NCBI GenBank assembly: GCA_963710755.1
Contig: CAVQBK010000007.1
Span: forward strand, 76,796-140,795
Reading direction: 5' to 3'
DNA: 64,000 nucleotides
Source of the DNA: an uncultured bacterium
Lineage (GTDB): Bacteria; Oederibacteriota; JAAXVQ01; JAUVAV01
The notes beneath the pieces were generated by a model that was not told the origin of the DNA, did no database searches, and was given only the letters and a program-made list of their open reading frames with translations. Below are positions 57,845-64,000 of the stretch, piece after piece. Every line of letters begins with the position of its first letter. Position 1 is the first letter of the stretch. The position numbers and the translations under genes are program-made.

Positions 57845-58627
57845 ATGAAGAACAGTATGGAAGGATATAAGGAAATTCTGATAGTTCCCATCGGGAAAGT
57901 GATGGTCGATATTCTAAACGAGATTACCGTGGCACTGAGAAAAACCTATCAATGCCATGTCAAATTAGGACGCTCCGAGGAACCGCCCACCGATTGTTAT
58001 TCTGATGAACGCCGGCAATTTGATGCGGAAAAGTTAGCCCTGATGCTGGAACAACGCAGGCATTCCAAACTTATGGCCGTACTGGGGATTGTGGATGGCG
58101 ACATTTTTTATGGCGACAAGGCCTTTGCCTTCTGTATGAACAAACCCCATCTGGCACTGGCGGTGATCGGCCTCAGCCGGCTCCGTCCGGAATTTTATGG
58201 TAAACCCGCTGATATTGAAACCTTGATGCAGCGTGCCGTTAAGGAAGCCATTTACCAGGCGGCTATGGCCGCAGGACTGGCACCGTGCAATCAAAAAAAG
58301 TGCTTGCTGTCGCCATCTGCATCTTTGTGGCGGCTTGATGAAAAATCACCGCGTGTGTGTGAGTCATGCCAGGTGAAGTTGGCGGCCCTCTTGCCCAAAA
58401 CCAGGAAAGCACAAGAGGCCGAAAACGTTAATGAAGAAGGGCCGGATGGTCAGCCGCAATTTATGGAAGATAATCAACCTAAAAGTCATGACCGTGGTGA
58501 TGATGAATCGGAAATTTCTGCGGAAATAATGGAGCCGGAAACACCGGCGACCTCGGAAGAAGAAGCCCTGCACGCCGAAGATCAGGAACTGGATGAACCC
58601 ATGGATGCCGAATCCAGGGCTGACTAG
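57845..58627 (+). CDS. Archaemetzincin (M54) homolog lacking HExxH, with acidic tail
   Basis: Y..ERRQFDA, LGIVDGDIF, L.RLRPEFYG, R..KEA, C....C...CESC. YQAAMAAGLAP replaces HELGH.FGL.H. Confidence 0.82.
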   Translation: MKNSMEGYKEILIVPIGKVMVDILNEITVALRKTYQCHVKLGRSEEPPTDCYSDERRQFDAEKLALMLEQRRHSKLMAVLGIVDGDIFYGDKAFAFCMNKPHLALAVIGLSRLRPEFYGKPADIETLMQRAVKEAIYQAAMAAGLAPCNQKKCLLSPSASLWRLDEKSPRVCESCQVKLAALLPKTRKAQEAENVNEEGPDGQPQFMEDNQPKSHDRGDDESEISAEIMEPETPATSEEEALHAEDQELDEPMDAESRAD

Positions 58628-58634
58628 CTCTGGT

Positions 58635-59783
58635 ATGGCTGTCTCACCTATACGTAATCTGCAAATGATTTCCTCCCCTGGTGTTGGTGGCCGGGAAATT
58701 GATGTACCTGTATTGGCCCGTAAACTTCTGGCGCAAGGGCATCCCACTTGGGTAATGTGCCGTCCGGGCACATTGGTGGAGGAGCTCTCACAGCAATGGG
58801 ACATTCCCACCGTGGCCACAGGGGTGACCTGGTATTTCAATCCTCTGGAAGTCATTAAAATCGCTCGCTTCCTAAAGCAGAAAAAAATCCAGATCATTCA
58901 CGCCCATTGGTCCAAAGACCTGTCCAATCTAATTCTTGCCGCTCGTTTGGCCGGGGGAGTGCCCCTGGTGCTGACCAAGCATGTTTATGCCACCGAGCCT
59001 AAACGTGATCCATTTCATGATTGGGTTTACCGCAAGGTGGATTTGGTTATTGCCATATCCCGGTTGGTGGAAAAAAACATCCTAGAAACGGTCAGGATAA
59101 AAAAAGAAAAAATCCTTACCCTGTACAATGGCATTGAATTGCAAACCTATTGGAATCCGAGCTTATCCTCTCTGGGAGATCTAAGAACGGATTTGGGCCT
59201 GGCCGAGGACACACCCTTATTGGGCTATGTAGGCCGACTCAATCATGGCAAACAACCCCATTTGATTCTGGAAGCGTTCCAGCGTCTGGCAGCTAAGTTT
59301 CCAGCCTGGCATTTGGTGCTGGTGGGCAAAGCTGTGGGAGAGAGGGAGGAGGCCTACGCCATGGGGTTGAAACAGCGGGCGGTGGAGGCGGGTTTGCAGG
59401 ACCGCATACACTTTGCCGGTTATCGCACCAATATGCCGGTGGTGATGAATTCTTTTGATGTGGTGGCCTGCGCTTCCCGATTCGAGTCTCTGGGCATGGT
59501 GGTGGTGGAAGCCATGGCCATGGAAAAAGCCGTGCTCGGTCCCGACAGCGGTGGCGTGCCGGAAATCATTGCAGACGGCCGCTGCGGCTATTTGTTTGCC
59601 GCCGACCGTGCTGATGATCTGGAAAAAAAGATGGCACGGTTGATGGCCGATCCACAAAAAGCCCGCACTATGGGCAAGGAAGGCAGAAAGATCGTGCTGG
59701 ATAAGTTCAATCTCGATCTGATGGCCAGCCGGGTAGCTGAAATTTTTGAAATGCTTATCAAATCAAGAAAGAGGAAAAACTGA
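58635..59783 (+). CDS. GT4 glycosyltransferase
   Basis: IIHAH, YNGI, VGRL..GK, SRFESLGMVVVEAMA, GGVPEII. Confidence 0.94.
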   Translation: MAVSPIRNLQMISSPGVGGREIDVPVLARKLLAQGHPTWVMCRPGTLVEELSQQWDIPTVATGVTWYFNPLEVIKIARFLKQKKIQIIHAHWSKDLSNLILAARLAGGVPLVLTKHVYATEPKRDPFHDWVYRKVDLVIAISRLVEKNILETVRIKKEKILTLYNGIELQTYWNPSLSSLGDLRTDLGLAEDTPLLGYVGRLNHGKQPHLILEAFQRLAAKFPAWHLVLVGKAVGEREEAYAMGLKQRAVEAGLQDRIHFAGYRTNMPVVMNSFDVVACASRFESLGMVVVEAMAMEKAVLGPDSGGVPEIIADGRCGYLFAADRADDLEKKMARLMADPQKARTMGKEGRKIVLDKFNLDLMASRVAEIFEMLIKSRKRKN

Positions 59784-59787
59784 TCTG

Positions 59788-60732
59788 ATGTTTTTGAAAC
59801 GACTCGTTGTGATCTTGGGGTTGGCCCTCTTGGTGCTGACCGGTTTTCTTTACGTCTGGCGCTTTGAGCGCTTTATGGTCGCTTCCCCTCTGCGGGGTGA
59901 ATTTATGACCGTGGATAATCAATCCTTATATATTACCGACCAGGGCAGCGGTAAACCGGTAGTTTTTTTGCCGGGGTTTATTTTCCATAGCGACACTTTT
60001 TTCAATATAGTGAAAAACCCACCCAAAGGTTATCGTTACATCACCCTCGATTGGCCCGGCCAGGGCTATTCCAAAAAAAACGGCACGACGCCGTCTACTC
60101 CAGTAGAACTGGCGCTGCTGGTCAAGCTGTTAATGGATAAAATGGAGTTGAAGTCTATTACCTTGGTGGGGTTTGACTTGGGTGGTGGTGTGGCCATGGT
60201 GGCGGCGGCCCGCAATCCGCACTTGGTGCGGGGCCTGTTTTTAATCGCTCCCGATTCTTCGGAAGGGACAGCCGCCTCGGCGATGGGGCCCTGGTGGCAC
60301 TGGCCGGTCATTAATGTACTTTGGGCTACTTACCGGCTTGACCGGGGATTTATGCGTGATATGGTTCGAGCAGCTTGGTCCCGCGATAATGACCAATGGG
60401 GTGGGTTTGTGGAGCGCTACTATCAGCCCTTGAATTTTGAAAAGGGAAGAAGTAATTTTCTGGCCAGTCACCTTGCTCGCCGGCAATTTTATTACCTCCC
60501 TTATGAGGAACGGTTGAATACCAAGACAACGATCCTTTGGGGCGATGAGGATGTAATCAATCCACCGGAGCATGGCCGAGCCCTGGCCAAGCTTATGGCC
60601 AATAGCACTTTTGTGTCTGTGCCCCAAGCCGGCCATCTGGTCCAGGAACAGCAACCGAAGACGGTTGGGAAGCAGCTATTGGATTTTTTAAACACCGTGG
60701 ATTACAGTCCGCGATCCACAGATCATGACTAA
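59788..60732 (+). CDS. Membrane-anchored alpha/beta hydrolase (Asp at the nucleophile elbow)
   Basis: N-terminal TM, FLPGF, DWPGQGYS, GFDLGG, WGDED, GHLVQEQQP. Confidence 0.88.
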   Translation: MFLKRLVVILGLALLVLTGFLYVWRFERFMVASPLRGEFMTVDNQSLYITDQGSGKPVVFLPGFIFHSDTFFNIVKNPPKGYRYITLDWPGQGYSKKNGTTPSTPVELALLVKLLMDKMELKSITLVGFDLGGGVAMVAAARNPHLVRGLFLIAPDSSEGTAASAMGPWWHWPVINVLWATYRLDRGFMRDMVRAAWSRDNDQWGGFVERYYQPLNFEKGRSNFLASHLARRQFYYLPYEERLNTKTTILWGDEDVINPPEHGRALAKLMANSTFVSVPQAGHLVQEQQPKTVGKQLLDFLNTVDYSPRSTDHD

Positions 60733-61468
60733 ACGCATCGCCAACGACGCTCAAACTCAGGCTTGGCGTAAAGAATACACCCAAGCACATTCAATTGATT
60801 CGACCAATACTAACCGGGCGGAATCATGTGTTGCCTGGTTCCGCCAATGGTTAAGCAGCCAGGATGTCAGGCCAGGCCGTCTTCTGGACGTGGGTTGCGG
60901 TTTGGGCCGGAACAGCCTGCCTTTTTTAAAACAGGGCTGGCGCGTATGGGGTCAGGACGTGGTGCCTGAAGCTTTGCAGGGGTACGGCCAACGTGCCCCG
61001 CGTTATCAAGCCCAATTGACTCTGGTCGAACGATCCCTGGCCTTGGCCCTGCCTTATAAAAATGCTTTTTTTGATGCAGCTCTGGAAATTACCGTAGCCG
61101 ATAATTTGCATGATCCTACCGGGCCGCGGCGGTTATGGCGCGAATTGAGCCGGGTGATCAAACCAGGCGGTTATTTGCTGACCTATTACTTCACCGAAGA
61201 GGATGGGTTTTACGGACGCCTGCTGAGGAAAACAAAGCCCGCTAGCAGATCAGAAGCGGTCGTGCTTGACCGGAAGGGGCAGATGCAGTTTAGATTTTAC
61301 AATGCCGCTGAGATCGTGCGTGATTCGCAAGGTCGGTTTCAAGTGTGGCAGGCAAAACATTACCGCTACCCGGGGCCTATGCATGGACGGCGCTACACCC
61401 GGGATTTAGTGGCGGTTGTGTTAAAGCGCATGAAAGGAGCAGGCACGCATGCAGAACTTAAAAGATAA
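60725..61468 (+). CDS. Class I SAM-dependent methyltransferase
   Basis: LLDVGCGLGRN, FFD, RVIKPGG. Confidence 0.9.
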   Translation: MTKRIANDAQTQAWRKEYTQAHSIDSTNTNRAESCVAWFRQWLSSQDVRPGRLLDVGCGLGRNSLPFLKQGWRVWGQDVVPEALQGYGQRAPRYQAQLTLVERSLALALPYKNAFFDAALEITVADNLHDPTGPRRLWRELSRVIKPGGYLLTYYFTEEDGFYGRLLRKTKPASRSEAVVLDRKGQMQFRFYNAAEIVRDSQGRFQVWQAKHYRYPGPMHGRRYTRDLVAVVLKRMKGAGTHAELKR

Positions 61469-62183
61469 AACCATTATCATTACCGGTGCCAGTGGTGGTA
61501 TTGGAGCGGCGTGTACCGGTCTTTGCCTTGACGCCGGCGCCCGGGTCGTGGCGGTGGCCAGGAGTCTGGACTCGCTGGAAGAATTACAGGAGCAGTATGA
61601 ACAGGCAGGCGATCGCCTGCTCTTGTCTCCCTGCGATATGAGCCAGGAGCAGGAAGTGGAACTCCTGTTTGAGACGGTGCTGAAGAGAACGGGAGCGTTT
61701 CATGGATTGGTGCAGAGCGCGGCGAGTTTTGAGAATGCGCCGCTGGAGGCCATGAGCATGACCCTATGGCAGCAAGTCCTGGCGGTTAATCTTACCGGCG
61801 TTTTTTTAGGCCTGCGCGCTGGCTTGCGCCGCATGGATCATCATGGCTCCATCGTTAATCTGGGTTCTCTTTCCGGAGTGGCAGGTGTCCAAAAATTCAA
61901 AGGGTTTGGGGCCTATAATACCAGCAAATACGGGGTGTGGGCACTGACAGAAATTGCCGCTCTAGAGGGCAAAGAAAAGGGGATTCGTGTCAATTGTGTG
62001 GCGCCGGGCGCGGTGGATACGAGCATGCTAAAAAAAGCCGCACCCGAATTGGCGCCGGCCATGAGCCCCGAAGAAGTGGCAAAGGTGGTGTGTTTTTTAT
62101 TAAGCGATGACAGCCGGGCTATTAATGGGGAGCAGCTGGTGCTCTTCGGCCACCCGGAAGGCCCCATGAAACGAGGTGCATGA
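61449..62183 (+). CDS. SDR family oxidoreductase
   Basis: TGASGGIG, VNLTG, GS.SG, YNTSK, RVNCVAPG.VDT. Confidence 0.93.
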   Translation: MQNLKDKTIIITGASGGIGAACTGLCLDAGARVVAVARSLDSLEELQEQYEQAGDRLLLSPCDMSQEQEVELLFETVLKRTGAFHGLVQSAASFENAPLEAMSMTLWQQVLAVNLTGVFLGLRAGLRRMDHHGSIVNLGSLSGVAGVQKFKGFGAYNTSKYGVWALTEIAALEGKEKGIRVNCVAPGAVDTSMLKKAAPELAPAMSPEEVAKVVCFLLSDDSRAINGEQLVLFGHPEGPMKRGA

Positions 62184-62596
62184 ATATGATCCTGCTCACC
62201 AAGCGGGTTGAATTTTGCGCTGCTCACCGGTTGTTGATCGATGAGAAAAGCGTAGAGGAAAACAAACGTCTTTTTGGTAAATGTTATCAGCCACCCGGAC
62301 ACGGCCACAATTATGTTCTGGAGGTGACCATTGGCGGGGAAATCAACAAGGAAACAGGTATGGTCTTTGATCTCAAGATTTTAAAAGATATTATCAAACG
62401 GGAGATTGTGGACAAACTGGATCATTCTAATTTAAATGATCGCGGAAGTTTGCTGCAGGGGCTCAATCCTACCACGGAAAACTTGGCCGTGGTGATTTGG
62501 AACCGGCTGGCACCGCACTTGAGTCCGGCACGTTTGATGGAGGTCAAACTGTGGGAAACTGAAAACAATTTGGTAACCTATCGAGGTGAGCCGTAA
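62180..62596 (+). CDS. 6-pyruvoyl-tetrahydropterin synthase (PTPS/QueD family, C-X5-HGH type)
   Basis: FCAAHRL, FGKCYQPPGHGHNY, LDH..LN, PTTENLA, LWETENN. Confidence 0.93.
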   Translation: MNMILLTKRVEFCAAHRLLIDEKSVEENKRLFGKCYQPPGHGHNYVLEVTIGGEINKETGMVFDLKILKDIIKREIVDKLDHSNLNDRGSLLQGLNPTTENLAVVIWNRLAPHLSPARLMEVKLWETENNLVTYRGEP

Positions 62597-63378
62597 TGGA
62601 AGATGTACAAAGCCAGCCTGATCACAGGCGATTAGATATTGATAAAGTCGGCATCAGAAATATCCGCTATCCCATTAGCGTGCTGGACAAAGCTTATCAG
62701 GCTCAGCACACGGTGGCGGACATCAATCTTTATGTCCACCTGCCGCAACATTTCCGTGGTACGCATATGAGCCGGTTTGTGGAGATCCTCAACCGGTATC
62801 AACGGGAGATCGACGTCAACAAACTGGATGAATTGTTGCTGGACATCCGTGAAACCCTGCAATCGGAAGCCGCTTATCTGGAGATGTCATTTCCGTATTT
62901 TATTGAGAAAGAAGCGCCTGTTTCCAGAGCCAAAAGCCTTATGGAATATCAGGTAATCATGGTGGCCAGTCTGCATCGTAACGGCAAGCGGGACAAGGTG
63001 ATCACCGTCAAGGTGCCTATCACCACGCTGTGCCCCTGTTCCAAGGAAATCAGCGATCGCGGCGCCCATAATCAGCGGTCTATGGTCACGGTGTCGGTGA
63101 GGATGAAAACCCTGGTATGGTTCGAAGAGCTGATCTCCCTGGTGGAAAAAACCGCAGTTACGGATTTGTATGCCCTGCTGAAAAGGGAAGACGAGAAATA
63201 CGTCACGGAGCGGGCCTATGACCACCCTGCGTTTGTGGAAGATATTGTCAGGGAAATTGCGCAGGCCTTGAAAAAGGATGACCGTCTGACCTGGTTTACC
63301 GTGGAAAGCGAGAACATGGAAAGCATCCATAATCATAATGCTTACGCCTTTATTGAAAACGGACAGCATTCCGGTTGA
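62596..63378 (+). CDS. folE2: GTP cyclohydrolase IB
   Basis: IDKVGI, RGTHMSRF, TLCPCSKEIS, GAHNQRS, LKREDEKYVTE, FVEDIVR, ESIHNH. Confidence 0.97.
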   Translation: MEDVQSQPDHRRLDIDKVGIRNIRYPISVLDKAYQAQHTVADINLYVHLPQHFRGTHMSRFVEILNRYQREIDVNKLDELLLDIRETLQSEAAYLEMSFPYFIEKEAPVSRAKSLMEYQVIMVASLHRNGKRDKVITVKVPITTLCPCSKEISDRGAHNQRSMVTVSVRMKTLVWFEELISLVEKTAVTDLYALLKREDEKYVTERAYDHPAFVEDIVREIAQALKKDDRLTWFTVESENMESIHNHNAYAFIENGQHSG

Positions 63379-63588
63379 GGATGTATTGACACCATGGGGA
63401 CTTGAGCTCCTTTTCCATCAACACCGTACCCCATAGTCGGCGGTAGCTGGTTAACCTTAAATAGGGAAGTGCCGTTGCTTATAGGGCTGACGGCGGAAAG
63501 ACTTTTCCGTTGCTGGCACCGGGGAGCTGGGTTATAATCAAGGTTAATCACCATCACCTGGAAGAACACCGCATAGGAGGCTGACCGG

Positions 63589-64000
63589 ATGAGTTGGATG
63601 GGTGGCGACAAAATTAAAGAGAAAAAATTTCTGGTGGATTTGGAACGGCATACCTATATCAGTGAAAAATCCCATCAGGAAATCATCGATATGGCAGGGC
63701 TTAAACCCTCCGGTTATGACAACTATTTAAAGGGTTGGATCAAATCAGACGGCACTATTAAAGTGTGGGTGGAAAGCCTGGAAGACATTGTTTTCCGCTA
63801 TTGGGATCAACTTAAATTGGCGTTTAAAATCCTGATCAAAGAGGATTTGACCAAAAAAAATGCCAAAACTTTTGCCATTGTCAACCGCATCGAACGATTT
63901 GCCGGTGTGGTCAAGGACTTCCTGGAACATAAAAATAAAGACGCTTTTTACGAGCAAAAAATAGGATATGCCGTTCAGTTTTATGGTCAGCCGGTTATGG
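63589..64000 (+). CDS. Hypothetical protein, runs off the window
   Basis: AGGAGG at 63575-63580, then an open frame MSWMGGDKIKEKKFLVDLERH... to the end of the window. Confidence 0.75.
   Translation, partial: MSWMGGDKIKEKKFLVDLERHTYISEKSHQEIIDMAGLKPSGYDNYLKGWIKSDGTIKVWVESLEDIVFRYWDQLKLAFKILIKEDLTKKNAKTFAIVNRIERFAGVVKDFLEHKNKDAFYEQKIGYAVQFYGQPVM

Noticed and set aside
62180-62596. Labelling the gene queD (queuosine) or part of a 7-deazaguanine DNA modification system
   Set aside because: Motif spacing is C-X5-HGH, and there are no queC/E/F or dpd genes in the window.
63470-63560. ZMP/ZTP riboswitch-like stretch (TGACGGCGGAA...CACCGGGGAGC)
   Set aside because: The 3' GCCGACCGCCTGGGC pseudoknot element is missing. 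Hairpins are present but I cannot assign them.
218-63957. Numerous short ORFs in the track that overlap the called genes
   Set aside because: Antisense or off-frame shadows of well-supported genes, without RBS or recognisable motifs.

Overview
Gene-dense, roughly 50% GC chromosomal window from a diderm bacterium. It encodes TonB-dependent, OmpA and PorV-like outer-membrane proteins, and the lineage cannot be fixed from the sequence alone. I found no rRNA, tRNA, CRISPR array, transposase or prophage. Recognisable parts are a photolyase-ybgA pair, MgtE and CDF transporters, an MMPL/LolA-like/DUF1302 cluster, bcp-trpD-glgP, a sigma54 two-component locus, a YcbB/M15 peptidoglycan pair, a cobalamin-riboswitch-led btuBFDC-cobO operon and a folE2/PTPS-ended operon. 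The main leads are: (1) an OmpA/propeller + PorV-TPR + STAS + membrane SpoIIE module facing a STAS-Zn-ribbon-RsbW fusion; (2) a 12 x 45-bp palindromic tandem array with bracketing inverted repeats and frame-biased variation; (3) a candidate pterin-glycoside operon; (4) a ~200-nt end-paired RNA candidate between convergent genes; (5) several intact ORFs that have lost their catalytic motifs (glycerol kinase, archaemetzincin, Ymh/HEPN, DUF488); (6) a B3-like DNA-binding protein with a DRR/ERR-repeat tail. All calls come from motif recognition by eye; no database searches were run.
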